The position numbers and the translations under genes are program-made. From Dehalococcoidales bacterium (GTDB lineage: Bacteria > Chloroflexota > Dehalococcoidia > Dehalococcoidales > RBG-16-60-22), in contig DAOTYE010000001.1 of assembly GCA_034434915.1 (NCBI GenBank), forward strand, positions 29,844-93,843: a stretch of 64,000 bases of DNA, written 5' to 3'. The notes under the pieces are model-generated. The model ran no database searches. It had not been told where the DNA came from and saw nothing but the letters and a program-made list of their open reading frames with translations. Below, piece by piece: positions 53,202 through 62,910 of the stretch (position 1 is its first letter; each line of letters opens with the position of its first letter).

Positions 53202-54179
53202 ATGCCAGAGCTTAATTTCATCCAGGCAATCAACCAGGCGATTGATGAAGAGATGCGGCGGGACCCGTCTATAGTGGTGCTGGGAGAGGATGTGCGGGCG
53301 CTGGGCGCACCGCTTGGCGAATTCAAAGGGCTATTTGAGAAGTATGGCGCTGAGCGTGTCATTGATACGCCCATCTCGGAAACCGCCATCCTGGGTGCGG
53401 CTATTGGCGCCGCCGCCACTGGCTTGAGACCCATCGCCAATATCATGTATGCCAATTTCCTGGGGGTGTGTGGTGATGAATTGATTAACCAGCTCACCAA
53501 TATGCGCTACATGTTTGGCGGGAAAATAAAAGTCCCGGTTACCATCATGTCTTATACCGGCGCCGGCACCCGCCACGCCGCCCAGCATTCCCGAAACCTC
53601 TACGGCTGGCTCATGAATGTTACCGGGCTCAAAATCAGCGTACCATCAACCCCATATGATGCCAAGGGATTGCTCAAGTCAGCACTGCGGGAGAATAATC
53701 CCACCATCTTTCTCTATCATGCTACACTGGTTAAGCGCGGCATCAAGAGCAATGTCCCGGCAGAAGAATACACCATCCCGCTGGGCAAAGCGGACATCAA
53801 ACGGGAAGGCAAGGATGTGACGGTGGTGGCGATGGGACTCATGGTGCATGAAGCCCTTGAGGCGGCGGCAATGCTGGAGAAGAAAGATATCAGCATTGAG
53901 GTCATTGACCCGCGGACACTGGTGCCGCTGGACAAAGAGACAATTATCAGCTCAATAAAGAAGACGGGACGCCTCATCATTATGGATGAAGAGCCAAAGA
54001 CGGGAAGCGCCGCGGGGGAGATTGCCGCTATTATTGCCGATGAGGCGTTTGATTATATGGATGCACCCATCAAACGAGTGTGCGCTCCGGATACCCCGGT
54101 GCCTTACAGTCCGGTGCTGGAGGATTTCTGGATACCTGATGAGAACGCGCTCGTTAAAGCGGTGAGCGAGGTGGTCTGA
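53202..54179 (+). CDS. 2-oxoacid dehydrogenase E1 beta subunit
   Basis: INQAIDEEM, VLGEDV, ERVIDTPISE, transketolase-like pyrimidine-binding and C-terminal domains (IEVIDPRTLVPLD); 325 aa. Confidence 0.9.
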   Translation: MPELNFIQAINQAIDEEMRRDPSIVVLGEDVRALGAPLGEFKGLFEKYGAERVIDTPISETAILGAAIGAAATGLRPIANIMYANFLGVCGDELINQLTNMRYMFGGKIKVPVTIMSYTGAGTRHAAQHSRNLYGWLMNVTGLKISVPSTPYDAKGLLKSALRENNPTIFLYHATLVKRGIKSNVPAEEYTIPLGKADIKREGKDVTVVAMGLMVHEALEAAAMLEKKDISIEVIDPRTLVPLDKETIISSIKKTGRLIIMDEEPKTGSAAGEIAAIIADEAFDYMDAPIKRVCAPDTPVPYSPVLEDFWIPDENALVKAVSEVV

Positions 54180-54203
54180 CAGCCATCTCAGTCTAATTTT
54201 GAG

Positions 54204-54229
54204 GGGGAGGTGGAAGCCTCCCCTTTTTT
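54204..54229 (+). terminator. intrinsic terminator after E1 beta
   Basis: GGGGAGG-UGGAAG-CCUCCCC followed by UUUUUU, 25 nt after the stop. Confidence 0.75.
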
Positions 54230-54241
54230 GTGCGCTTATGG

Positions 54242-54270
54242 TTGACTTATTATTAAGCCAGTGGCATACT
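54242..54270 (+). promoter_or_regulatory. promoter of the AsnC-family gene (possibly producing a leaderless mRNA)
   Basis: TTGACT (54242-54247), 17-nt spacer, CATACT (54265-54270). The tandem ATG-ATG at 54275/54278 lies only 5-8 nt after the -10, and no SD is present. Confidence 0.45.
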
Positions 54271-54274
54271 AATC

Positions 54275-54742
54275 ATGATGATAAGCGAGCTTGATGAGCG
54301 CCTTATTATAGAGCTATCAAAGGCTGCCCGCCAGAGCAGTGCGGAGCTCGCCCGAAAGCTGAACGTCAGTGAGACCACCATCCGCCGCCGTATTCAGCAT
54401 CTTGAAAAAACAGGCGTAGTCAGTTTCAAAGCCACCATTGACCCGGCAAAGCTGGGCTACAGCATTACGGCTATCATTGCCATTGAGGTGGAGCTGGGGA
54501 AGATAGATGAAGTCTCAGACGCCCTCGCCAGCCATCCCAGCGTGCGTTACGTATGTCTCTGTACCGGAAGCCATGACATCTTCGTCGGCACCTGGTTTCA
54601 TTCCTCGGCAGACCTCACCGAGTTTGTCAAGAACTACTTGGCGAAAATCCACGGGCTGAGAAAAAGCGAGACATTCATCATCCTTGATGTCAAGAAAGAC
54701 GAAGTCGGCTGGCTCGGCACGCCGAAAGGAAGCACAGCTTGA
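54275..54742 (+). CDS. Lrp/AsnC-family transcriptional regulator
   Basis: LDERLIIELSKAARQSSAELARKLNVSETTIRRRIQHLEKTGVV HTH plus a RAM/AsnC_trans_reg C-terminal domain; 155 aa. Confidence 0.9.
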   Translation: MMISELDERLIIELSKAARQSSAELARKLNVSETTIRRRIQHLEKTGVVSFKATIDPAKLGYSITAIIAIEVELGKIDEVSDALASHPSVRYVCLCTGSHDIFVGTWFHSSADLTEFVKNYLAKIHGLRKSETFIILDVKKDEVGWLGTPKGSTA

Positions 54743-54793
54743 GTCCCTGCATCCTATCGTTTAGCAACTAGAAAGCGAAGGTAATCATTAATC

Positions 54794-55594
54794 ATGGGGA
54801 AATTTCTGATTAGCGATGAATTGAAGCGGATTATCAACGATATTGCAGAGGTGGCGGGTTACGTCTGGGAGAAGGGATGGTCAGTGAAAAACGGGGGCAA
54901 TTTTTCAGTGGACGTGACCGGGCTGGTGCCGATAGATAAACTCAGCTTAAGCCTTTTCCCCTGTGTTAATGCCAAAATACCTGCCGCTGAATTGGCGGGA
55001 CGGTACTTTCTCATTAAAATCACGGGCTTCCGCTTCCGCGACCTCTCCCGAAATCCAGAAAAGGGGTTGCTTTTGATTGGCATTTCGGAAAAAGCGGATA
55101 GTTATTATTATCTCTGGGGAGGCGAGGGACCGCAGAGCAAACCCACAGCTGAGTTCATCCCGCATATGAAAATTCACGCCTTCCTGCGCAGAAATAAGCT
55201 TCCTCAAAAAGCAGTGCTCCATACCCATCCCAATCACCTCATTGCGCTCACCCACATGGATGACTACGGCAGAGAATCTTTTAACCGCTTTTTGACCGCC
55301 ACTCACGTGGGCGCCAAGTTCTTTCTGCCTGAGGGGGTGGGGATGGTGCCGTTTCACCGCGGCGGGAGCGATGAGCTTGCTGATGATACCGTCAAATTGC
55401 TTGCCCGGCACAAAGCCGTCCTGTGGGAAAAGCACGGCTGTACCGCCACCGGCACTGACATCTTTGATGCGTTTGACTATATTGACCTGCTGGATGCCAC
55501 CGCCAGGGTGTTTTTCATCTGTAAAAGCGCCGGCTATGAGCCTAAGCCGCTCACCGAAGAGGAACTTGCAGAGTTGAAGCAAGGTCCCATTTAA
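54794..55594 (+). CDS. rhaD: rhamnulose-1-phosphate aldolase-like class II aldolase
   Basis: It aligns along its length with E. coli RhaD as I recall it. EKGWSVKNGGNFSV matches LKGWDERNGGNLTL. ITGFRFRDL matches GSGKFFRNV. YLWGG...PTAEFIPHMKIH matches ILWGL...PTSELPAHFLSH. VLHTHPNHLIALTH matches IMHCHATNLIALTY. WEKHGCTATG matches WPFHGVFGSG. Confidence 0.75.
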   Translation: MGKFLISDELKRIINDIAEVAGYVWEKGWSVKNGGNFSVDVTGLVPIDKLSLSLFPCVNAKIPAAELAGRYFLIKITGFRFRDLSRNPEKGLLLIGISEKADSYYYLWGGEGPQSKPTAEFIPHMKIHAFLRRNKLPQKAVLHTHPNHLIALTHMDDYGRESFNRFLTATHVGAKFFLPEGVGMVPFHRGGSDELADDTVKLLARHKAVLWEKHGCTATGTDIFDAFDYIDLLDATARVFFICKSAGYEPKPLTEEELAELKQGPI

Positions 55595-55621
55595 CCAGCG
55601 CCTGAGCTCTTCGGAAAAACC

Positions 55622-57100
55622 GTGATGATTGAGCACTACGTAGCAATTGACCTCGGGGCGAGCAGCGGCAGGGTCATCCTTGGTGAAGTAGAAGATAGCA
55701 GGCGCATCAGGCTCAGAACAGTCCACGCTTTTCCCAATGAAATGGTCAATGTTCTAGGGCATCTTCACTGGGACGTTCTGAGCATCTACCGAGAAATACT
55801 TGAAGGACTGCGCCTGTGCGCCTCAAACCACACCTCTTCTCCTGCCGGGCTCAGCGTGGACACGTGGGGGCTTGATTTCAGTCTGCTGGACAAGCAGGGA
55901 AATCTGATATGCAACCCGTTCACCTATCGGGACAAGCGGACGCGGGGGGTGATGGAGGAGTTTCATGCTAAACTCCCGGCGGCGCGGCTTTATCAGCTGA
56001 CCGGACTGGAGCCTCGCCCCATCTACTCCTTATTTCAACTCTACTCCATGGTGCGCGAACAAAGCTCCCTGCTCAGGGTGGCTGATGCGCTACTCTTCAT
56101 GCCCGACCTTTTCAACTATTTCCTCACCGGCGTGAAGAAGACTGAGTTTACCCATGCCTCCGGTTCGCAACTCTATAACGTCCACACCGGCGGTTGGGAT
56201 GACGAGATTTTTCATCACCTGGGACTGCCTAAAAGCCTGATGCAGGAGATTGTGCCGACGGGGACGGTGTTGGGAAATCTGGTGGAAAGCGTCACCGGTC
56301 AGACCGGGATGAGAAGCACCCCCGTCATTGCCGGAGCCACCCATGACACGTCAAACGCCGCGGCGGCGGTGCCGGCAGAGGGAGAGGACTTCCTCTATAT
56401 CAGCTCCGGAACGTGGTCCCTGGTGGGGATTGAATCACCCAGGCCGATTATCACTGAAAAGGCATTCAAGTACGGAATCGCCAATCAGGGTGCGGCGTGG
56501 GGAGCATTCATGGTGCTTAAAAACATCACTGGGCTCTGGCTTCTGCAGGAATGCCGCCGTGAATGGGCGAAGACGCGCGACTATTCGTATAACGAACTCG
56601 TGGCGCTGGCGCAAAATACGGCGCCAGTGGGGTCTTTCATTGACCCTGACCACACGGATTTTTTGAAGCCGGAGTCAATGCCTGAGGCTATCCGTAGCTT
56701 CTGCCACAGGACGGGTCAGCCTGTTCCGGTAGACGTCGGCCAGTATGTCCGCGTCATCCTGGAGAGCCTGGCGCTTGCCTACTGCTATACGCTGGAACAG
56801 CTAGAGGATATAAAAGGGAAAAGGATAAAACAAATACACATTGTCGGCGGTGGGGCGCAGAATCCTCTTCTGAGCCAGTTTGCCGCTGACGCTACGGGAT
56901 TGCCGGTATATGCCGGTCCGGTGGAGGCGACGGCGGCGGGGAACGTCCTTATTCAAGCAATGACGTTCGGCAAAATCAAGTCTCACCAGGAGCTGAGAGA
57001 GGTGGTCAGGAGCTCCTTTCATCTTAATAAGTATGAGCCGAAACCGACGCCTTACTGGTACAAAGCCTATGAACGCTTCAAGGCGTTGAAACAGGGGTGA
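55622..57100 (+). CDS. rhaB: rhamnulokinase-like FGGY carbohydrate kinase
   Basis: VAIDLGASSGRVILG, DTWGLDFSLLDKQG, YRDKRT, LFMPDLFNYFLTG, SSGTWSLVG, LKNITGLWLLQ and HIVGGGAQNPLLSQF all parallel E. coli RhaB blocks; GTG start. Confidence 0.8.
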   Translation: MMIEHYVAIDLGASSGRVILGEVEDSRRIRLRTVHAFPNEMVNVLGHLHWDVLSIYREILEGLRLCASNHTSSPAGLSVDTWGLDFSLLDKQGNLICNPFTYRDKRTRGVMEEFHAKLPAARLYQLTGLEPRPIYSLFQLYSMVREQSSLLRVADALLFMPDLFNYFLTGVKKTEFTHASGSQLYNVHTGGWDDEIFHHLGLPKSLMQEIVPTGTVLGNLVESVTGQTGMRSTPVIAGATHDTSNAAAAVPAEGEDFLYISSGTWSLVGIESPRPIITEKAFKYGIANQGAAWGAFMVLKNITGLWLLQECRREWAKTRDYSYNELVALAQNTAPVGSFIDPDHTDFLKPESMPEAIRSFCHRTGQPVPVDVGQYVRVILESLALAYCYTLEQLEDIKGKRIKQIHIVGGGAQNPLLSQFAADATGLPVYAGPVEATAAGNVLIQAMTFGKIKSHQELREVVRSSFHLNKYEPKPTPYWYKAYERFKALKQG

Positions 57101-57127
57101 AGTTATGATGTTGCAGAGAGGTGACGT

Positions 57128-58111
57128 ATGACTGTAATGATTACCGGTGGCACCGGCATGATTGGAGCGGCGGTCGCCCGCGAGCTTCTCAAAAGAGGAG
57201 AGCGCCCTGTCCTGTTTGACATCGCGCCCAAGCCGGACTACGTGGCGGACATCAGGGAAAAAGTCAAAGTTGTTCCGGGGGATTTGAAAGTCTGGTCTGA
57301 GGTGCTCAACGCAGTGAAAGACAATCAAGTTGAGGGCATCTTCCATCTCGGGGCGATGATGGGGCGTCCTTCAGATGAAAATCCCTGGGGCTCGTTCCAG
57401 ACTAATGTCGCCGGCACAATGCATATCTTTGAGGCGGCGCGTTACTTTGGGGTAAAGAGAGTCTTTTTCGCCAGCAGCACCAGCACGTTCGCTCTCGGCA
57501 GTGCAGAAGTGGTTACCGATGAGACCATCCAGCGTCCCACCACTGCCTACGCCATAGGCAAGCTCTATTGTGAACTGCTGGGCCGCTTTTACCGGCGGAA
57601 GTTCGGGCTGGATTTCCGCTGTGTGCGCTATTCCACGGTGATGAGCCCGGCGGTCAGGGTGAAGTCTTTTACCCAGTTCGGCAACCTGATGATACGGAGC
57701 GCTGTGCTGGGCGAGCCATTTGAGTGCTTTGTGGCGGAGGAATCGGTAACGCCTGTAATTTACATAAAAGATGCAGTCAGAGCGGCTGTCACACTTTACT
57801 ACGCGCCTGCCGACCGCATCAAGACGGTCTGCTATAACGTCTCCGGTGTGGAACCGGCGCCGGCGGCGAAGGAGATAGAGCTTGCTATTAAAAAGGTGAT
57901 TCCCGGCGCTAACATCAGCTATAAGCCGGACCCGGCGGTCATGGAGTATCTGGCAGTTCAGCCAATGCGGGTCATTGACGATAGTAAGGCGAGGGAGGAA
58001 TGGGGCTGGCAGGCGCAGTATAACACTCTGGACAAGATGGTGGCGGACTTCATCGCTGAAGCCAGGAGAAGTCCAGAGCTATACGGGCTTAGCGCACCCC
58101 CAGGAAAATGA
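57128..58111 (+). CDS. NAD-dependent epimerase/dehydratase-family (extended SDR) protein
   Basis: ITGGTGMIGAAVARELL is the Rossmann TGxxGxxG motif and YAIGK is the YxxxK catalytic motif; 327 aa. Confidence 0.8.
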   Translation: MTVMITGGTGMIGAAVARELLKRGERPVLFDIAPKPDYVADIREKVKVVPGDLKVWSEVLNAVKDNQVEGIFHLGAMMGRPSDENPWGSFQTNVAGTMHIFEAARYFGVKRVFFASSTSTFALGSAEVVTDETIQRPTTAYAIGKLYCELLGRFYRRKFGLDFRCVRYSTVMSPAVRVKSFTQFGNLMIRSAVLGEPFECFVAEESVTPVIYIKDAVRAAVTLYYAPADRIKTVCYNVSGVEPAPAAKEIELAIKKVIPGANISYKPDPAVMEYLAVQPMRVIDDSKAREEWGWQAQYNTLDKMVADFIAEARRSPELYGLSAPPGK

Positions 58112-58279
58112 AGAGCAGTAAAACGCCCGCCCGGAAACCGCGCTTTGCCCCCTTTGTTTCTTATAATCGTCCTCATGTTTGTGAAAGAGGATGCGCGGCG
58201 GTATTCCCGCCCCTGAAAACTGATATAATTACAGGCAACAGGTCTGAATAAACTCACCCCAAAGATAAGGAGGCAATAC

Positions 58280-59491
58280 ATGGAGAGAGCACTGCAGGGT
58301 ATCCGTGTGGTTGATTTGACCCATGTCCTCGCCGGTCCGACGGCGACCATGATTTTAGCTGACCTGGGTGCCGAGGTAATCCATGTTGAACCCCTGTCCG
58401 GCGATGATGCGCGAGAGTTTGCTCCTTTCGTGGGTGAGGTGCACAAGAACCACAGCGCCTATTTTGCCAGCTTGAACCGGAACAAGAAGAGCCTGGCGCT
58501 AAACCTGAAACATGAGAGGGGGAAGGAGATTCTGCGTCAGCTTATAAAGGTTTCAGATGTCATCATAGAAAACTACAAACCCACCACTATGGCTGAGCTG
58601 GGTTTTTCCTGGGAGGTGATTCATAGCCTGAATCCGGCGATTATCTATGCCTCTATCTCCGGGTTCGGGCGGGACACTCCGGCAGAATACCGCACACGCC
58701 CGGCGTATGACATCGTGGCTCAGGCGTATAGCGGTCTGATGAGCATCACGGGGCCGGAGGATGGCGTGCCCTGCCGGGTGGGGTCATCAGTGGGAGACAT
58801 CTTCGCCGGGCACCAGGCGGCGATAGCTATCCTTGCGGCGCTCATCCGCCGGGAAAAGACCGGCGTGGGGCAATATTATGACGGCTCCATGGTTGACGGA
58901 CTCTTTGCGGTGCTGGAAAATGCGGTGGTGCACTATACGGTGGGCGGCAGAATACCGAAGCCGCAGGGCACCGCCCACTCCAGCATTGCGCCATTCCAGG
59001 CTTTCCCCACTGATGACGGCTGGATTATCATCGCCATCGGCACAGACAAGACCTGGACGAGGTTCTGCGGGGTGATTGGCCGCCCGGAACTGAGCCAGCA
59101 TCCGGACTACAAGAATAATCCCCTCAGGGCAAAGAACAGGAAGTCTCTGGCGGAAATCATCGCAAATGAGACAAAGAAAAGAAAGACCGCAGACTGGTGC
59201 CGCATTTTTGAAAAAGAAGAAGTGCCACATTCACCGATAAACAATATGAAGCAGATTTGTGAAGATCCGTGTATAGCTTACCGCCAGATGCTGGTGGAAA
59301 TAGACCAGCCGGAGATGGGCAGGATTAAGATTGCCGGTTCGCCACTGCATCTGTCAGAGACGCCGGGGGCGGTCTATGCACCGGCGCCGCGGCTGGGGGA
59401 GCATACTGATGAAATCCTGACCGGACTCCTGAACTATTCAGTTGAGGAGGTTTCTGCGCTGGAGAAATCCGGGGTAATTGGGAGAGGGTAA
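58280..59491 (+). CDS. family III (CaiB/BaiF) CoA-transferase
   Basis: LQGIRVVDLTHVLAGPTATMILADLGAEVIHVEP, NRNKKSLALNLK and GDIFAGHQAAIAILAAL are typical of CaiB/BaiF/Frc-type enzymes; 403 aa. Confidence 0.9.
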   Translation: MERALQGIRVVDLTHVLAGPTATMILADLGAEVIHVEPLSGDDAREFAPFVGEVHKNHSAYFASLNRNKKSLALNLKHERGKEILRQLIKVSDVIIENYKPTTMAELGFSWEVIHSLNPAIIYASISGFGRDTPAEYRTRPAYDIVAQAYSGLMSITGPEDGVPCRVGSSVGDIFAGHQAAIAILAALIRREKTGVGQYYDGSMVDGLFAVLENAVVHYTVGGRIPKPQGTAHSSIAPFQAFPTDDGWIIIAIGTDKTWTRFCGVIGRPELSQHPDYKNNPLRAKNRKSLAEIIANETKKRKTADWCRIFEKEEVPHSPINNMKQICEDPCIAYRQMLVEIDQPEMGRIKIAGSPLHLSETPGAVYAPAPRLGEHTDEILTGLLNYSVEEVSALEKSGVIGRG

Positions 59492-59684
59492 ATTCTCAAA
59501 AAGAAAGTGGGCATTGGGCGCAACCGTTATGGCTTTTGCCAAGGTAACCTTAAGACGCAGGAAAGTTACCCCTATTGATGATAACAGGATACTGGGTGTA
59601 ACTTTTCTGGCAGAAGTGCAGTCAGGTAAAAAAGAATGTAAAACGCCAGGAATTTGGCCCAATAAACAATTTGCTGATGTAAGG

Positions 59685-60590
59685 CTACAATAATTTCAGT
59701 TTCTGCAAGGCGTCCTTCACTCTCTTTTCCGTTTCTGTGGAAAGCGGCGTAAACGGCAATCGGGGATAGCCGGCATCAATGCCGCGCATTTTCAGAATAG
59801 CATGGCAGGTGGGCACTGTGGGTCCATATTTGGTGACCTGCCGGACCTGCAACACTTCTTTTTGAATTTGCATCAGCTTCTGCCTATCGCCCTGAAAGTA
59901 AACGTCATACAGTTTCCTGATGAGTTCCGGGTAGACATTTCCCAGACCGGTAACCGCTGCCTTTGCGCCAGCGTCAAAAGCCGCAACGAAAATAGCTTCC
60001 GTGCCGATAATCAGATTCAGCTCCGGGAAGTCTCGCAGGGCAATCTGAACATGGTAGTAATTGACGATGTCAAAAGAGCTGTCTTTCACACCACCCAGCC
60101 CTTCCCTGGCAAGGCGGACCAGTAAGTTCGGTGATACCTGGTTGCCTGAGACCTTCGGGTTGTTATACAGGAACACCGGTATGTTTACCGCATGTATCAA
60201 TCTCTGGAAATGTACGAAAATGGCATCTTCATCATAGCTATTGTAATAGGGCGTAATGGCACCGACTGCCTGGGCGCCAATTGCTTCAGCGTGACGCGCT
60301 AGCTCAATCGTGTTCCTGGTGTCAGCGGTACCCACATGAAGAATGACCGGAACCCGCCCTCTTACCTGGTCAATGATGATTCCGGCAACTTTTTTACGCT
60401 CGTCTATGGACATCATCGGCCCACTGCCGTAGGTACCACAGGGATATAAGCCGTGAACGTGAGGAACGATGAAATCCACTATTTCACGCGTGCCTTTTTC
60501 ATAAATCTCGCCGTCTTTGGTAAAGGCGGTCATCATAGGTGGAATGATTCCTTTAAATTCAGATGCTTTCATGGCAATGCCCTCCTTCAT
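59685..60590 (-). CDS. dihydrodipicolinate synthase-family lyase (DapA/KDG-aldolase/NanA-like), copy A
   Basis: GIIPPMMTAF, YPCGTYGSG, TPYYNSY and GGVKDSS (Schiff-base Lys context); 301 aa. Confidence 0.85.
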   Translation of the reverse strand: MKEGIAMKASEFKGIIPPMMTAFTKDGEIYEKGTREIVDFIVPHVHGLYPCGTYGSGPMMSIDERKKVAGIIIDQVRGRVPVILHVGTADTRNTIELARHAEAIGAQAVGAITPYYNSYDEDAIFVHFQRLIHAVNIPVFLYNNPKVSGNQVSPNLLVRLAREGLGGVKDSSFDIVNYYHVQIALRDFPELNLIIGTEAIFVAAFDAGAKAAVTGLGNVYPELIRKLYDVYFQGDRQKLMQIQKEVLQVRQVTKYGPTVPTCHAILKMRGIDAGYPRLPFTPLSTETEKRVKDALQKLKLL

Positions 60591-61550
60591 TTACCGGGAA
60601 ACGCTGCTTTCCCCGGCTAAGAATGTTTGCAGTTCAGGAAAGGTGGGTAATGCCTGGTAAGGTCCTGAAGCCATTAAACAGAAAGCGCCTAAGGCATTTC
60701 CCCAGCGTACACACTCGCTTAATAATTGCTCCTTTAATAAACCGGCGACGAAACCGGCGGCAAAGGCATCTCCGGCTCCCATACTGCTCACCGGGCGCTC
60801 TACCGTAAAACCGGGGATACGCTTCGTTTTCTTGCCACGGCAGGCTAAAATAGCACCCTTCGCGCCAGCTTTGACAACCAGTCTGTCAATGCCAAGAAGG
60901 TGAGCCTTCTCTATTGCTGCTGGCAATTCCTGACAATCCATTAAGAGCTTTAATTCTTGTTCACCAGGCAGAACATAAGAGCTCCTCTGCATTAACGGGA
61001 CAAGGATGGAACGGGCAGTCTGAATATCACAAAGTTTCAGGCGCAGGTTCGGGTCAAACACTATTGTCTGCTTATTGCTGATAGCAATTTGGAATACCTT
61101 TTCGGTTGCCTGCCGTGCTGTTTCACTTAAAACAGGGGTAATCCCGGTCAGGTATACGATTTTTGCTTGCTTGATATAAACCGGGTCAATATCATCGGGG
61201 GAAATGTGACTAGCCGCCGAATACTTCCGGTAGAAGTAGCATTTAAAATCACCATGGGCGCATCTCTCAACGAAGAAGACACCGGTTTGGGCATCAGGGT
61301 CAATGATGACTTTAGAGACATCCACACCCTCACTCCTGATTGTCCTGATGACCTCCTTGCCAAACTCATCATCTCCCAGGCGGGAGAACCAGCCACACTT
61401 GAAACCAAGGCGAGCCAGCCCGATGGCAAAATTATCTTCAGCGCCCCCAACCCATTTTTTGAAAGAGCTTACCTCCCTTAGCGGTCCGTAATCCTGTGCT
61501 TCAAACGCTATCATTGATTCGCCCATGGTAACGGCATCAAAAGAATTCAC
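60591..61550 (-). CDS. PfkB-family sugar kinase (2-dehydro-3-deoxygluconokinase-like)
   Basis: AVTMGESMIAFEA, GGAEDNFAIGLARLG and C-terminal VSSMGAGDAFAAGFVAGLL (PfkB signature 2). GTG start; it abuts DHDPS-like copy A with no gap. Confidence 0.85.
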   Translation of the reverse strand: MNSFDAVTMGESMIAFEAQDYGPLREVSSFKKWVGGAEDNFAIGLARLGFKCGWFSRLGDDEFGKEVIRTIRSEGVDVSKVIIDPDAQTGVFFVERCAHGDFKCYFYRKYSAASHISPDDIDPVYIKQAKIVYLTGITPVLSETARQATEKVFQIAISNKQTIVFDPNLRLKLCDIQTARSILVPLMQRSSYVLPGEQELKLLMDCQELPAAIEKAHLLGIDRLVVKAGAKGAILACRGKKTKRIPGFTVERPVSSMGAGDAFAAGFVAGLLKEQLLSECVRWGNALGAFCLMASGPYQALPTFPELQTFLAGESSVSR

Positions 61551-61798
61551 TGCTGAGTTTTCCTCCCGGCAAAGTCCAAATCAGCAACTGCTTTAGCAAC
61601 GGGGGAATCAGTGACACATCCCGTCACGGAAGATTCCGGTCTGCAGAGGCGCAGTCTGATAAGCACTTTGGAATCCGGTGTCATTAACGGTTTAAGACCG
61701 CCAGCGAGCTCAATTGCCCTCAGCGCCGCAGTCTCAATGCCTGATTCATCCGCTCTAACGATTGACGCTACAATCTTCCCCACCGCTCTAGTTCCCAA
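61547..61798 (-). pseudogene. possible N-terminal remnant (83 aa) of a DUF362 gene
   Basis: IVRADESGIETAALRAIELAGGLKPLMTPDSKVLIRLRLCRPESSVTGCVTDSPVAKAVADL resembles the first 80 or so residues of DUF362 proteins (...pg.kVliKPNl......g..T.P.vv.Av). It stops at a GTGA overlap with the pfkB start. TTG start; it may not be expressed. Confidence 0.35.
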
Positions 61799-61895
61799 TC
61801 ATCCTATCCCGTTACCCAGCGTGTGGCTTAATGCAGACTGCGCCTTAGGAACCAGCTCAGAATCTCCATTCACCTTTTGCTGGTACCGGTGAACA

Positions 61896-62885
61896 CTATA
61901 TGACGCCCATTTCCTTGAGCGCCGCTTTAACTTCTCGCTTTTCTTCTGCAGTTAGCTCCTCACAAGGCAATCTCGGCGGTCCGCCGTGCAGTCCCACCAG
62001 GTCCATTGCCGCCTTGCCCACGCTCATATACATGTAGTTCGTTCTGAAACCTTCCGGGACAATGGAGATGGAACCGCGCTTTTCATTAAACTTCCCAAGC
62101 AGGCGCAATAGCGGCATTTGCTGACGCAATGCTTCCAGGGCTTTATTGAAATCATGGGCTTCAACCGCCTCATAAACAGCATAACTGGAGGCGGGGGCAA
62201 AGTTCCCAATGAAGTTGACAAACCCCCGGTAGCGATAGCCATAAGCCGCCGAGCCGACATAGTGCACTTCTCCGTAGCCATTTATCAGCACCATATCATC
62301 AGGGTCAATCATTAATGCCTTCAGGGCATAGGCTTCCGCATTGCTGGCGTTGTCTTTTACGGCTATGATGTTATCAATTTTGGATAACCTTGCCATCAGG
62401 TCCGGAGGGATGAGCGTGCCTGAGACATCAGGATTATTATAAATCATGATGCCGATGTCCACTGCGTCAGCCACAGCTTTGAAGTACTGGTACATCGCCT
62501 CCTTGTTTGCTGCCGGGTGATAATAAGGCAATACTACCATGGCGCAATCAGCTCCTACGTCTTTGGCGTACTGAGCCAGTTCTATGGTTCTTTCCGCAGC
62601 GGCTCCAGATACGCCTGCAATCACTGGCACCCTGCCTGCCACCGTCTGCACCACTGTCTTGATAACGGTCTTCTGCTCTTCAATTGAATTGGCATAGCAT
62701 TCTGTCGTGCTACCATTGGTCATTATCACGACGTCTTTTTTCCCCTTCTTGGCAAAGTCAACCAGAAACTGGGTGTTCTCCTTCAGCCCCCGCACGTTCA
62801 GCTCCCTATTTTTGGTATAAGGACAGTATTGCACCGGTACGATACCCTTCAATTTTTTCTTGAGTTCACCAAAAGCTTTTCCCAT
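61896..62885 (-). CDS. dihydrodipicolinate synthase-family lyase, copy B (long form, 329 aa)
   Basis: TNGSTTECY, IAGVSG, VLPYYHP and IIAVKDNAS (Schiff-base Lys context). It is longer than a typical DapA. Confidence 0.8.
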   Translation of the reverse strand: MGKAFGELKKKLKGIVPVQYCPYTKNRELNVRGLKENTQFLVDFAKKGKKDVVIMTNGSTTECYANSIEEQKTVIKTVVQTVAGRVPVIAGVSGAAAERTIELAQYAKDVGADCAMVVLPYYHPAANKEAMYQYFKAVADAVDIGIMIYNNPDVSGTLIPPDLMARLSKIDNIIAVKDNASNAEAYALKALMIDPDDMVLINGYGEVHYVGSAAYGYRYRGFVNFIGNFAPASSYAVYEAVEAHDFNKALEALRQQMPLLRLLGKFNEKRGSISIVPEGFRTNYMYMSVGKAAMDLVGLHGGPPRLPCEELTAEEKREVKAALKEMGVI

Positions 62886-62910
62886 ATGAGTCTCCTCCTT
62901 TTATATTTTG

